Assembly: GCA_951406725.2 (NCBI GenBank)
Contig: OX597823.1
Coordinates: forward strand, 28,892,001 to 28,956,000
Direction: 5' to 3'
From: Octopus vulgaris
Taxonomy: Eukaryota
Length of the DNA stretch: 64,000 bases
In this document: one piece after another, positions 1 through 13,791 of the stretch
Position numbering within the stretch: the first letter of the stretch is position 1
Layout of the letters: each line of letters starts with the position of its first letter
Program-made: the position numbers and the translations under genes
The notes under the pieces: generated by a model
Database searches by the model: none
What the model was told of the DNA's origin: nothing
Seen by the model: only the letters and a program-made list of their open reading frames with translations

Positions 1-1859
1 TGACTCATATCGTTATAGCGATGGTTAACACAAGTATTCTCTCTTTTCTACGTATCCCAATGATATATTCACTTCACAAAGCAGAACTTTCCGTAGCGTG
101 CGCCATGCTACGAAGTAAAATGGCAGCAAATTGCTTGATAACGTGTTTCATAATTTGACTCCGTTTATTCCTTCACTGCATAGACTTAGTATGGTTATTC
201 CCAGCTGATTTTAATTTATATAAATATATTTTGATGGCACTATGTTTTGTTTTTCCTATCGAGCTGACACGTTTATAAAAAAACTCCTACCTAGCTACAT
301 GTATACCACATGTGTGTGTGTTTGTGTTTGTGTGTGTACATGTGGGCGTGTATATGAAACGAAGTGGATGAAACAAATGCGTGTGATTTGTTATACGAAT
401 TGCGATGATAAGGCCCACGCCGTTTTCGTTTTGACCATAAACACAAGACAAAGGCACTACGACAGCAAGAGGTGTGTCCTACTGAAGCTAACCACTAGTT
501 ATTCGATGTACTAAGGTCTGTCTGAAAAAATACCCGCCCACCAAGCACTGCTTTAGGAAATCTGCTATTGAGAAAAATATGAGGGAGACAAAGAGATAAA
601 TCTAATACGCCATTACTTTATAGATAGATATTGGTCGCTTTAGATTGGATAAAAAACCATATTGACCTCGGTGAAATTTGAATTCAGGAATAAGTAATCT
701 GAAAATATGTGCTGTGTGCATCCTGTTTTGAACGTATCACTTGTTGCTTCGATGTTTCACTTCATATTTAGTCCTCCTACATAACCCTTGCCTTGAAAGA
801 GCACGAGCTTGCGTCAGCTCCCATTTTAAAGACATGGTTTTGATCAGTTGCCGTTATATTTGATTTTGACTGTGTGCTACATAAACGCTTATTTAAAGAT
901 GTTGATTGGTTTTGGTTTTTGGGCACCGAAATCTAACTTTCGTATTCTTCCGATTTTAGACAACGAGAATATTGTCAATACCAGATACACCAACCAGTGA
1001 CCAGTAAGTATTTAATAACACTGCGGTAGTTAAAAATGAGATCTTAAAAAGAAGAAACACTCGACATCCCGGATCTACCATCGAATCCGGCTACAGAAAA
1101 CAGATAGGCCAATGAATTACCAAATGAGGAAACGACACCCATAGACATAAGCATAATAAAATAATATTTTGAATTCTAAACAATAAGTATATACAAATAT
1201 ATGAATACGATTCATTATTCATTTTAAAAGCTCACCAAATACAATGACAGTTTCAAAATATATTTATATTGCTTATCTGAGGCATCCGTAAAAAGAAGTA
1301 ATTTTATATCCCTGGACATACAGAAAGACGACATCACAGAGATAGAAGGTTTAGCTTCGAAGTCACTACCCTCGTTTGACCTCAGGTAAGATGACTAAAA
1401 TTAACTAAGAACCTTAGACTTTAACCCTTCTCAGCATTATAAATGTTATTGCTTATGTTTTCACATTTATTGCATTTGCAGATTAATGTCTGATATAACA
1501 GATAATGGAAAGTAGAAGTTTCTAGAAGCTATTTTATTCACTCTAACGCCAATAAATCCTTCAAATATCATAAAATACTATAAACGTAAATGAAAATAGC
1601 CTGGTGGTACAAAGAATGTCATTCGGTTGGCTTAGTTCCTGGAATATTTTTGACAGAAATATGTCCGAATATAGCAAGGTAATGTTACGTTCAAGATATA
1701 TAAGTCTATAAAAGAATACATTATTTATTAGAATTATCATTGCTCTCGTTCATATTAACGTATTTGTTATATAACTTGCTTCAAACATTCACCGAATGAG
1801 TATGTAAGTATACGGATATATGCATACCTTCACACAAACACTGAGGCACATACATATAT

Positions 1860-1943
1860 AAATGTGCGTGTGTGTGAGTGAATGAGTGAATGAGTGTGCG
1901 TACGTGTGTGTATGTGTATAAATATATACATATATACGTATAA

Positions 1944-2006
<63 letters not shown>

Positions 2007-2052
2007 TACATACATAAATACATACATACGCATAGATATCTATGTATGTATG

Positions 2053-2104
<52 letters not shown>
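1860..2104. repeat. Compound (TG)n/(TA)n/(TATG)n microsatellite
   Basis: Directly visible; long pure (TA)n runs at about 1950-2003 and 2057-2104. Confidence 0.95.
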
Positions 2105-2107
<3 letters not shown>

Positions 2108-4235
2108 GCGACAGTAAATTCGAAGTTCTACCAGTTAAGTGAGGTTTTTTTTTCGAACAGGAAGACACAAGTTTACCTTATACAAGATAAACTAGGAATA
2201 TGGGAAGTGCGGAATTATCAGTAAAAGCGTGACTTTAACCTTGCCACACCATTTTCGTTTACATTAAATAATCACAACTTACAAAACACAATTAAGGAAC
2301 TCTCTTTCATTCTTTCACAACTCATTAGATTAATTACTATAATTATGTTAAATTTCCTCAATATAAACATAATGCTCAATTTCTACTCAGCTATAACGCT
2401 ATGATCATCCCTCAAGAAGAGAAGAATAGGTGTTGCAAAGGTTCATGTGCTTATGCAGAGCTATGACTGATTATCAAAGTCGTAGTCGAAATTAGAAGCA
2501 TAATGAAGAGGCATGCCCTGAATTGACATTCTGAAGAGGGTTTGAACATTGTTCCCTCATCTGGATTCTGGAATCATTTGCCATTAGTACTGTAGCACCA
2601 ACTGTTAATATACATTTGAATACCTCATCAAAAATTAAACGTTTTGAAGATATTGACAAACGCGAGAATTTTTACCTCAAACGTTACCTCACACTTATCA
2701 GAACTAGAATACTGTAAAAGGATCACTTCCTCCCTTAAACTTTCTGGGTGGCACTAAAACATTAAGCCCACAAATTAAAAAGAAGTGAGGACTTCTACCG
2801 TTGTAGTAAGAGAACAAACCATCTTTTTGCAAATGAGTCACAGCTATTTGTACAATGTATATGATAAACAACTAGAAACGTTGCTGCAGATAATACACGA
2901 ATCAAACTTTTGCCAGCAGAAAACAAACAAAAACCTAATAAAGAAGAATACGGTGGATATACGAATGTGTGCGTGAAGCATCTAACCAAATTGTTCCTGT
3001 GTGTTCGGCCTTAACCTAGAAATAATCTAGAGACATGTTAGTGAAACACAGGAAGTTATATCGTCATAATTAAATATCATCAAAATAGATGTGAATTTTT
3101 TTTTTTAATGTACCAGGAAAGTATTCCAAAAATGAAGAAACAACCATATTCTGGTGTATATTGTCTCTATGGCCGAGCTCTCAAAGAAATTGAAAAATTA
3201 TCTAATTATAAAACCTAGAAATATGGATAACAGAATGTAATAACTAGATCTGTTCTACATAATACAACTGCTACTCGACATAAATCCAAAAGTCTGCAAT
3301 GTTCAGACAATGAATGAATGAATGACTGTTTCGTCGACCAACATGCATCTCAGACAGGCCCAGGTGATGGCAATACTGTGTAAAATGGTTGTGCATTCGG
3401 TAATACTACTATGAGAAATACTTTTGAAAGATGTCCATAAAGCTAGAGTTGAAAGTCCTTTGGAAAATGTTGTTCAATTGTCTTCGAGAATGCATAGGGT
3501 ATTCAATAGATTGTGTCCAGTTTTCCAAACAAGTGTAAATCTTCTTTATAAAATCATAAGTTTAATATACCACAATCAACTGACAACATTCCAAATCTTA
3601 GGCATCTCTTTTTGACTAAGGAATGGAGGACCACCATGGAGTCAAACTATGAGTAAATGTCTCTTACAAACAGTGGCTATATTTATTCGCCATTTGCATG
3701 TGTCGCTGCTTTTATGATTGTATATGAGTAGGTAAATCATCACCCATGGTATACCTGCCCTCCACTGTGTGGCGGGACCGGTATCACATAGTACTTTCAC
3801 GAGTACAAAAAAACTTTATTCCATAAGAAATGGAAGTGAAGACTCCTCATCCCTGTCAGATAATACCTAGGTGAAGCTCCTGTGATAAAAAGATGATAAA
3901 GAAATGAGGCAATGTATGAAATTGCAGATTGTTGGTAAATTTTTGATGTGGTATATGATGTTTGCTTATAGAAACCGCATTTCCCCGAATATGTAACCAT
4001 CACTCCTTTGCAGCCTAAGGTGCAATATCAGTAACAGCCTTTGCACGCTTTGCAGCACTGCATTGTGAATTAAAGTGTCTATTTAGTAATAATATCATGC
4101 TATAAATGTAAACCATAATACCCGTATCTTATTTCTCATTCATAAAGATTTTGTAACTGATCAGAAGTAAATTAAAAGGCTAATCTTTGTTATAACATTT
4201 TCACGATATATACATATATAAGGGTAAAGGATAAA

Positions 4236-4565
4236 TACCCACTTCAGTCGTGAAGGACCATAGATTTCACCTAGAAAGTTAGCCTCCGAGGCACAAGTCC
4301 GGGCGAGATTGTTTATCGAAGACCAGCATTCGTCTTGCATACCTGCCTCCTCTCTCCATGTCACCAATGTTCTCCAAAATAAATGTTAGGGCCGATACAG
4401 GTTGGCACCAGTGATATCTCAACCCATTTCTATAGCTAAGAGAACTGGAACAACGTGAAATAAAGTGTCTTGCTCCAGAACACAACACATCTCTATGCGG
4501 CAGTCAAACTCACTGCCTCACGATTGTGATCCCGACGCTCTAACTACTGAACCATGCGCCTTCAC
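4236..4565 (-). mobile_element. SINE family C (tRNA head plus CORE-like domain), diverged full-length copy
   Basis: Collinear with the copy at 59772-60107 (GGCACAAGTC.GGGC.AG, GGGCCGATACAG.TTGGCACC, CAACGTGAAATAAAGTGTCTTGCTC, GCTCTAAC.ACTGA.CCA.GCGCCTTCA). The minus strand begins with an A-box/B-box tRNA-like head. Confidence 0.85.
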
Positions 4566-4899
4566 GTATATATATGCGTTTCCTTCAAGCTCGCCAGACA
4601 CTGCGCAAACTAGAATGGGTGGGGATTTCAAGCCCTTCAGTTTCCACTTTGCTTTCAAAATAGCACAAAATATTCAAAATGATAGAAACTTTCCGGCCAA
4701 CAAATGTATAGGATTTAGATAAAAACGAAGATATAAAATTAAATGTTCCGTATAGAATTAAATTCAGTTTATAAAAAGATGCCTGGAAACGACATGAACA
4801 TCTCATGTTTATTTTATGTGGGGTTCTCATTATAGATCTTTTTAATCTCAATAATCACAATATGTCTGAAGGGTTTAGCGATGCAATGCTTAGCATAGG

Positions 4900-6260
4900 T
4901 TTGCGTTGAGAAAATTAGCCGAAGTACATTTCACGGTGCTATATTAATAGACAATATGTTAAGAAATCACGTGGAAGGCAGAATAATTCGCCATTTTTTG
5001 AGTCCCTTGGTGGCAATTATATGAATGTTGTAGACGCTATGCTTTCCCAAATGATTTACTAACACAATATTAGAAAATACGATACGAAGAATGTATCGAG
5101 AAAGCACATGAAACATTCCGAATCATATCTAAATGATTGTTCGTCAATAAAAAAAGAAGCTTATAAAAAAATGTTGTAGAAAATTGAAATGTAGTCAGTC
5201 TTTGGATGATAAAGCTATTACAAATACGTGAGAGAATAAAATACACTATATTGAAATATTCATAAATTCTAGAATTAATAGGATGTAGAAAAGAAATTTC
5301 TAAAATATGAAAATCGATTTAGTGTTATAAGAATATTTCAGATTATATGATACTGAAGAACAATCGAAATAAAAGCGTTACAAATATGAGAATTGTGTTA
5401 GACACCGTTGCTAGTGAAGGCTGTAAGAACTCGAGTGATTTTTAGTACTCTTTTGGTAACGGTAACATCATTAGTTATATTGATAGTGAATGTGTTCAGG
5501 GTTTTAATAAAGCCGTTGTGTAATGGACAGAAAGAAATCAATTGCTTAGAAACAACCAAAGAAGGGACTGATCATAATTGAGCGAAGAGAAATCTGAGTA
5601 TTATTTTTCTTAGAACACCTGAAGAAAGTAAATGATATCTATCAAAAAAAGAATTTTTATGGAAAGAAATTGAGGTGGAAATAGTAAAGGAAGTCACCGA
5701 AGGAACTGCAGAGTTAATAGCTCACATCTGTAACTTCTTTCTGAGATCTTGCAGATTTGTAAATGAAACGAACAATTGCCGAAGTTATTATATCATTCGG
5801 TAAAATTAGATATAAACATCATTTTACAAATTATAGGTTTGTATCATTAGTTTCCCATTTTTCCAAGATATTTTGGACATTCTTTTTTCTGAAAGAAATA
5901 ATAAATTCATTATAAAGCACAAATTAGTGATTGACAGTCAATATAGATTCGGAACGAGTATGCCAACATATTTGGCTCTAATATAATTAATTGGTGAAAT
6001 TACTAATTGTGTAGTCAAAAACAGTATCGAGTGGGAGTATTTTTAGATCTAAATATGCTTTTTGTGGCGTTGATCACAATACGTTACGTTACGCGAAAGG
6101 TATGATATCATGTTGGTGTTAATTGGTTAGGAAGCTACGTAGGACAAATTGTGGAGACAGGGGAGCATAAGTCATCATGTATGGAAATTAATTGTCGAAC
6201 ACATCATGAATAGATATTAGGCTCGAAATTGTTCATTTTCTAATTAAATAAAAGATGCAG
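4900..6260 (+). pseudogene. Decayed CR1/L2-group LINE reverse transcriptase
   Basis: Reading across frameshifts gives ordered RT motifs: AHICN, KHHFTNYR.VSL (NYR at about 5829), SKI, KHKLV.DSQY.F, VGVFLDL (about 6031-6051), VDHN, NWL.SY, ILGSKLFIF (GSVLGP.LF equivalent). Many stops and indels; the 5' boundary is uncertain. Confidence 0.85.
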
Positions 6261-7419
6261 AGAATAGAAAAGTATTCTAAACTCTCTCTCGCTTCGCAAA
6301 ACGTTTAATTTAGCATTATGTCATGCTGATGATTTGATATAAGGATGAAATGGCGTTATGCATGCTTCCAATAACTAAAAGGTAATAAAGATCTTTGTAA
6401 TGAGTAGAAAATATTAATAAATATGTATATTTTAAGCATCTTCTTCATTATTCTTAAAATCAAGAATTAAACTTCGTAAGACGCCCTGCTTTAATATGAA
6501 TCTAGAAGTGATCATCTCCCTTAAAATACCTACTGCCAGGGTTCACGCCTTCCAAAAATAGAGAAGTATTCTTTTATTGACAGGCGACAGAAATATTTTT
6601 GTTCTGGGGAAAGTTTACAAAAAAAAATTCATAAAAGTCACAATCGGGAATGAGGAAATTGAAACGGTGAGATGACATTAGAACAAAATTATCATTAAAT
6701 TTAACTAAAAAAAGATTCGGAAATTTTTAATTAATCACTCAGTTACAAGTAATGATAGATAAGGTCATTAAAGAATGAGTAGATGAAATTAATTCTTTAT
6801 GTTAGCCTGCAAAATCTGTCAGAAATATAAAAGGAAAGGAGTCTTAAAACAGTTCTTTAGATAAGGTATTAGATTATCAGAGTGGACTTCAAAACCACTG
6901 AAGGAATTTCTATATATTTTGTTCATTCTACTGTGTGGAGAAAATAGTATATCTTTAGATATTATCGTAACTTTTCTGTCAAGTTTTCTTAGTCGCCCGT
7001 TAGAAACCTAAACTGGAATTAAACACCACACAATCGGAAGTCGGCACGGGTAATTTGGTAACATTTTAGAGGTTTGTATTATCGTATGTCGACGACAAAA
7101 AGACCACATGATATAATCGTTAGAGCATAGGAAAACATGTTAAAAATGACTTTGCACGACTATGTTTTATTTGTTGCTATTTCTTCGAATGTATCTATTT
7201 AATTGTAGCTTGACCAACCTTTACGCTCGTCAGCAAATGAACCGTACGATGTTCTAATATAAGAATGAATTTATTTTTACCATTGAGAGAATGATAATAT
7301 TGGAGTTCATATCCAATGACATCGCCCACATCTCAAAGTGCTCTCGAATATGACGTCTGGGACCAGCGCAGCTGAAGGCCTTCCTACATCTGAGTTTGTT
7401 CATTTACATCATTCCGTAA

Positions 7420-7643
7420 GGGGCATAGGTCCGGTTTCTCGGATTCTCCGACGTATATATTCCTCCCTGGTCGGGACACCGGTCCGTCACAAGAGTGTTC
7501 ATTCTTACAAGCCGAGTGAACGGGAGCAACGTGAAATAAAAGGCTTTCCTCAACAACACAGTGCATCGCTTGGTCCAGATATCGAAATCACAATACTGTG
7601 ATCATGACTCCAACATCGTAACCAATAAGAAATGTGCCTCCAC
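7420..7643 (-). mobile_element. SINE family C variant with an alternative 3' tail
   Basis: GAGTGAACGGGAGCAACGTGAAATAAA core and decayed tRNA head match family C; the tail (CCCTGGTCGGGACACCGGTCCGTC) differs from the 4236 and 59772 copies. Confidence 0.65.
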
Positions 7644-7929
7644 ATTTTATATATGTGTATATAATAATATAAATGATATATAAATATATGCATATATACA
7701 TAAATATATGTACATCCCTACATATGTATGTATATATACATGCATATATGGGTACAGGACATAAAAAAAACGGAGACAAAATGAAAAACGAGAACATAAA
7801 AAACGAACATAGAAAGCGAACCTTTTTCAAACAACGAAAGAAATAAACAAAATGAGAAACGGGACAGGCAACATAAAGAACATTCCCTTCATTAGTTGTC
7901 CCCTGTTTTATCTACTCCAGATAGAGAGA

Positions 7930-7945
7930 AATAAATAAATAAATA

Positions 7946-8005
<60 letters not shown>

Positions 8006-8010
8006 GAGAA
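7930..8010. repeat. (AAAT)n/(GAAA)n microsatellite
   Basis: Directly visible. Confidence 0.95.
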
Positions 8011-8559
8011 TGAGCGAAAGAATGCGGTGAACATTTAATGATGTTCTGTTAGTTATGCTTAATTGTATATCGAATAAAACAAAATTATCTTGTCTCAGAA
8101 GCAGCAATGTTTGTACATTCAGTATAGGTTATTCTGGGATAAAAGCCTTCGTTATCAAGAACCATTACACATGTATTTGATGCACAGATTTAAATCTAAT
8201 TTATCCTCGTTGCAGAAAAAAAAATTGGTGTAGATTCCAAACAATATAATTTTCAGTCACATAATTTACAATTGCAAATAATTTAGTTCTCCATACAGAT
8301 TGATCCCTTTCCAAAACAGAAAAAAGAAACCAAAATCTGGTCATGTCCTACGAAAATGTAATTACAGTTAGTTTAATGGCTTTTAATGAATTGTGAAGTA
8401 TTTGAACCAGGTTTTCGTTGCGTGAAAATACTTTTGAAGCAATCTTCTGGAAGCAGTTTTACCTAAAACGATATATCATTATTTCCGTGTGTTTAAGTGA
8501 CTCGCCCTCAAACTATTGGTTACGGGTTCCATCACACTGCGAAGCAGCTTCCTGGTCAC

Positions 8560-8562
<3 letters not shown>

Positions 8563-8609
<47 letters not shown>
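8563..8609. repeat. (TC)n microsatellite
   Basis: Directly visible. Confidence 0.95.
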
Positions 8610-8611
<2 letters not shown>

Positions 8612-9779
8612 CTCACTCTTACTTTCACTACTTTTAAAACAATGGAATATTAACAACAATGTCTGTTGGATTATCAATCTGAACCATTCTGACTAAACAT
8701 CAAGCTCTATGTCTATACTTCCTCGAGTTCATGCGTTCAGTTCTCTGGGTTCATATCGAAGTTGAGTTCACCTTCCATTTCTCTGCAGTGATAAAATGCA
8801 TATTATCTGTTGAATAAGACCAACTTGCCGGCCACAATTGATCAGACGATTGATGGTCACGCTACATCAAGGACTTCATCATTTAGAACTTCTTTTTTAA
8901 AATAGTAAGATGTGTTTTAAATAGAATTTGGTTGTTATTTCTTACAGTCATACACAGGTATATATTCAATTGTCTATCAAAACATACATTTCGAACTTAA
9001 GGTTTCATGAACGTTGTCTATAACATAATACGCATTTTTCAAACGGGCGCAATAGAATATAAAACAGCGGAAACTGGCAATTATGACGCCATCTTTAAAA
9101 TAATTTGACATTGTTGTTTTTGGGGGAAAAACATTATTAGAATCCATTTCTCAAACCAACTTCTCATTGATGTTATTATAATCGTTGACAATATATATTC
9201 CCGCCTTTTACCTAATTTTCAAATGGTACTCATACTATCTATTATTAACTCTGTAAACAACAGCGTAAAAATACCTGAATTATACCTTTGCATCTCCATG
9301 TTCTGAGATCGAAAGAGATAGAAAATATTGGTCAAGTATATCAACTAATTCAATCAGCTTAACATTAATTCATCATGAAATATTCACTGCAGTTTACTGA
9401 TAACATATCTGTCCAGGTCAGTAAGAAAGATACAGGCGAGATACACTTAATGTGTTTGTTGAATGCAATGTCAGATTAAATACGCAGTAAATAAACAATA
9501 CTGAATTAATTCCATGTTAAAAGCAGCCCACGTGACACGATAATGTGATTATCAGTTAAAAGCTACGTCGTAAAACACTAAAATAACAAAAAAAAAAACA
9601 GCCATGTAATACATAAAAATAAATGAGAGCCAAGGACGATACAGCCATTATTCTGAAAAATATTATTCATTAGGTAAAATGTTAACATGTTACTCAAACA
9701 TGAAATTGTTAAGAGTGACAAATGAGAATTTATTATACATTGAATTATCGGAAATCATATGCAGAGCGTATAAAATAAA

Positions 9780-10316
<537 letters not shown>

Positions 10317-10584
10317 AAGTATATGCATTTCTGAACATCTGCATGTGTTTATTACCTTTACGAAACGCTGAGTTACAATAAAGTGAAACCCTATCTAGGC
10401 TTCTAATTCAAAATTAATACTAACTCTTTCTCTTCGTTTGTTAATAAAAACGAATATGTTAAGTTTATTTACATATAGATGCAATATAGAGAGAGATCCT
10501 CAAGCATACATACGTACATATGTACGTACGTACGTATATATGTATGTATGTATATCTTCTACGTCTAAGGCTTTCTTATAACTG

Positions 10585-10830
10585 AATTTATTGTGGTTCT
10601 TCTGGCCGATTTGCGCCTTGTTGTACATAAAATTTATACTATCTAATTAATTGCAGGCCGTCATAAACACAAAACTATAAATTAAGTTATCCGATATATT
10701 TGTAGCTAAATTTTGTGTTTGCTATATATTCTGGGTGAGTATTCTATGCTATTTAATTTACAAGGAAATCAGGTGTGTCTCACCTGAAGAACGATGAAAT
10801 GCTGCGAAACTGTTCTTTAGGAGACACCCT
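10585..10830 (+). mobile_element. Probable 3' end of a Penelope-like element: decayed endonuclease C-terminus followed by a hammerhead-like motif
   Basis: TATTGTGGTTCTTCTGGCCGATTTGCGCCTTGTTGTACATAAAAT reads as a decayed Y..GS.RC.LC..EK, and GCCGTCATAAACACAAAACTATAAATTAAG resembles CRHK.KYKL. CTGAAGA (10784-10790) and GAAAC (10806-10810) follow, with complementary flanks GGTGTGTCTCACCT / AGGAGACACC. Confidence 0.5.
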
Positions 10831-11827
10831 CCTCTTTTTTGCCGCACATCAAAAACATAGAAGGTATGTCCTAACATAGCTAAGTTTTTCTAACAATATA
10901 ATATATTTGAGTCCTTTTTATTCACGCTATATTGTCTATAAACATCTATGCTATATAATATTTTATATTATTAATCATATGTATATTATTGACCCGTATT
11001 TCCTCTGTTTTCAGTTATAAATATTTTGGTAGGGTGTGAGTACATTTTTGTGTTTTACAACCAGTATTTAAGTGATTATCTTTCTTCTATCGTGACACCA
11101 GTGCAGCTATTGACATTGAATAAATTCATTAGTGTTTATTTATTGCATATTAAATGTGACACTGCATTCAGTAAACACATTAAGTGTACCTCTTGTGTGA
11201 CTTTCCTATTGACCTGAGAATATACGTTATCAGAATAATGTCGTGAATATTTTACGAGTGATCACAGTGCTAAACAGAATGATATTGTGATTGTACCTGA
11301 CCAATATGTTCTGTCTCTTTTTATCTCAGAGAATACAGGTGTAAATTGTGTTATGTTTGCATGCTTATATCGTCCTCAATAGAGCTAATCATAACGAAAT
11401 ATATAACTCAATCATGCAGAAATTTAGGATACTGGTGTGAGTCTATATCGACTACATTGATCCTGAAATCAATTAGATTTTCGAAGTGTCAATATGTTTA
11501 GATGGTTTCAGGTATGGAGTCTTGAAATAAATATTTCAGGAGAAGAACATTATAAGGATGCATTAAAGATAGCTTCATAATTGACGGTTTCTACCATTGT
11601 ACTTAACAGATGTTTATTCTTCCATAACAGTTGTTTGTTAACTTTTTAATGTCACAGACTGCATTGAACAAACGCATTAAGTTAGTACGCTTTCATATGC
11701 AACTAGATAGATAACTGTCATGTCTACGGGAGATGTGGGTTCGTTTCCCACGGGCAGCTTTCTAATTGTTCGGCCCAAAAGTATTTATACCGTCACAGGT
11801 ACTTTGTGAAACAACTCCCAAAACGAA

Positions 11828-11834
<7 letters not shown>

Positions 11835-11897
<63 letters not shown>

Positions 11898-11899
11898 CA

Positions 11900-11991
<92 letters not shown>

Positions 11992-12020
11992 TATACACAC
12001 ACATATATATATATATATAC
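11835..12020. repeat. (TA)n/(TACA)n/(TATG)n microsatellite, quasi-palindromic
   Basis: Directly visible. Confidence 0.95.
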
Positions 12021-12278
12021 ATCTTAGCAATTAGTGATAGAAGCCCCCTTTGTAACGAATCTTTATTTGCATATTCAACCGAACTTGGATGTGTTCTTTA
12101 CTACGCTTTAGACTGCGGTAAACGACTCCAGAAATCATCTCAAGTAGAAGAAAAATTCTAAAAAGCACAGACAACATCGACTTATGTCGCCTGGCACTGT
12201 TGCATCAGCAACTGAAATTCAAACGCTGAACGCGGGATCGAAAATTAGTCAAACTGATATAATTTAGAAATTGGCCGA

Positions 12279-12316
12279 CTGTGATGTCACTGTCCAAAAT
12301 GACAGTGACATCACAG
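12279..12316. repeat. Perfect 16-bp inverted repeat with 6-nt loop
   Basis: CTGTGATGTCACTGTC-caaaat-GACAGTGACATCACAG. Confidence 0.95.
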
Positions 12317-12519
12317 GTGGACTGTGTTTAAATTAGCGATAGGACTTGTAGAATGTTTTCAATTTATAACTCATAGCATTCTGACTGAAGAGTGGATTGA
12401 ACCAGATGATATTTCTCTTTGAGTTCTAATGATTTTTTAAAATGTTGATACATATTCAAGTGTCTATGTTGATGTAAATGTGTATACATGATCCATTTCG
12501 ATACACACACACATTTAAG

Positions 12520-12742
12520 AGTTGTTTAAGGATGTTGAACGAAACACCCATGTTTCAAAGGGTGAATTCTTCAAACCCCAAAGAATCCCTCTCAACGCAT
12601 GGCCATGATGCTCCCCCACTACTTCTGCTCGTGATCAGAGATGCATATATCGTCAGCCACTAAGGGACATGGTCAACTGGTTAAGGTCAAACAACTGACA
12701 AACAAATCTGTGGTATTAAGCAGAATATTCGCTGTAGCCCGC
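12520..12742 (+). repeat. Dispersed repeat family D (unclassified)
   Basis: ATGATGCTCCCCCACTACTTCTGCTCGTGATCAGAGATGCA.ATATCGTCA recurs in reverse complement at 19420-19565. Confidence 0.8.
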
Positions 12743-12772
12743 TGCCTGGTATTATTATTATTATTATTATTA

Positions 12773-12807
<35 letters not shown>

Positions 12808-13000
12808 GGGTGGTGAGCTGGACGAAATGCTTAGCGGTATTTCGTCCGGTGCTACGTTCTATGTTCAAATTTCACCGAGGTCGACTTTGCCTTTCATCCT
12901 TTCAGGATCGATAAGTTAAGTACCAGTGAAATACTGAAGTTGATGTATTCGGCTAACGTACTCCCCACAAATCCGAGGCTTTGCACCTCCAGTTTAAACG
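12808..13000 (+). mobile_element. SINE family A copy, preceded by (ATT)n
   Basis: GGTGAGCTGG...GAAATGCTTAGCGGTATTTCGTC...GTTCAAAT..CACCGAGGTCGACTTTGCCTTTCATCCTTT...GATAAGTTAAGTACCAG matches the 58933 copy. Confidence 0.9.
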
Positions 13001-13624
13001 ATTGTTATCATTGATATTTACTGCAATGCTTCTTAATTTATTTCGGTGTCAGTCTTAGATAGCTTGTGAAATATATACAAATCTGGGGTATGTTTCATCT
13101 TTGTCTACGTTGCTTCGTTTCTGTTCCGTGCTGTTTTCTGTCTCCTATATTCGTAAAGCCAACAGTTAATCATACGTCAGTATAAGACGAAGCAATTACT
13201 GCTATTTTTTTTCTTGTTACAATAGTGAAATACACAGCACTTTTACATTATCCATTTACAACATATGGCGATGCAAGTAGCAGAATTACATTATGCGCTT
13301 TTCAATAGTTCCAGTAACCTCAGTTATTTCGCTAATTAGACTAACATAGAATTATGTTTGCCATCTTGGACACCTGTGTCTTCTCAAAGTCATCAAATTA
13401 GTCGAAAACAACAAACTTCTTCAATTTTTGTCCACATTTGAAGTGAGACATTCTTGTTTTCAAGAAAATCCATCGATTAATTCTGTTATACAAAAAGATA
13501 ACTTTACCACTATACATACACGATACACACATACATATACACGTATATATATACACACAATATACAAGCACTGTCACACATACATTAACGCTAACGGGTG
13601 CATATAGACATACACATGTATATA

Positions 13625-13790
13625 TCCTTTTCTACTCAAGGCACAAGGCCTGAAATATGGGGGAGGGAGCCAGTCAGTTAGATCGATCGCAGTACGCAAT
13701 TGGTACTTAATTTATCGACCCCGAAAGGATGAAAGGCATAGTCGACCTCGCCGGAATTTGAACTCAGAGCGTAAAGACAGACGAAATACT
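13625..13790 (-). mobile_element. SINE family A copy (short-tail variant), head truncated at the LINE junction
   Basis: Reverse complement of the family A central domain and its GGCCTTGTGCCT.GAGTAGAAAAG tail; the first part of the tRNA head is missing. Confidence 0.9.
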
Positions 13791-13791
13791 A

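Noticed and set aside
506-545. mariner-TIR-like starts here and at about 44037 and 48810
   Set aside because: Isolated short resemblances with no matching opposite end or transposase sequence.
11700-11760. B-box-like GTGGGTTCGTTTCCCAC hairpin
   Set aside because: No convincing A box or cloverleaf and no second copy in the window; at most a tRNA-like relic.
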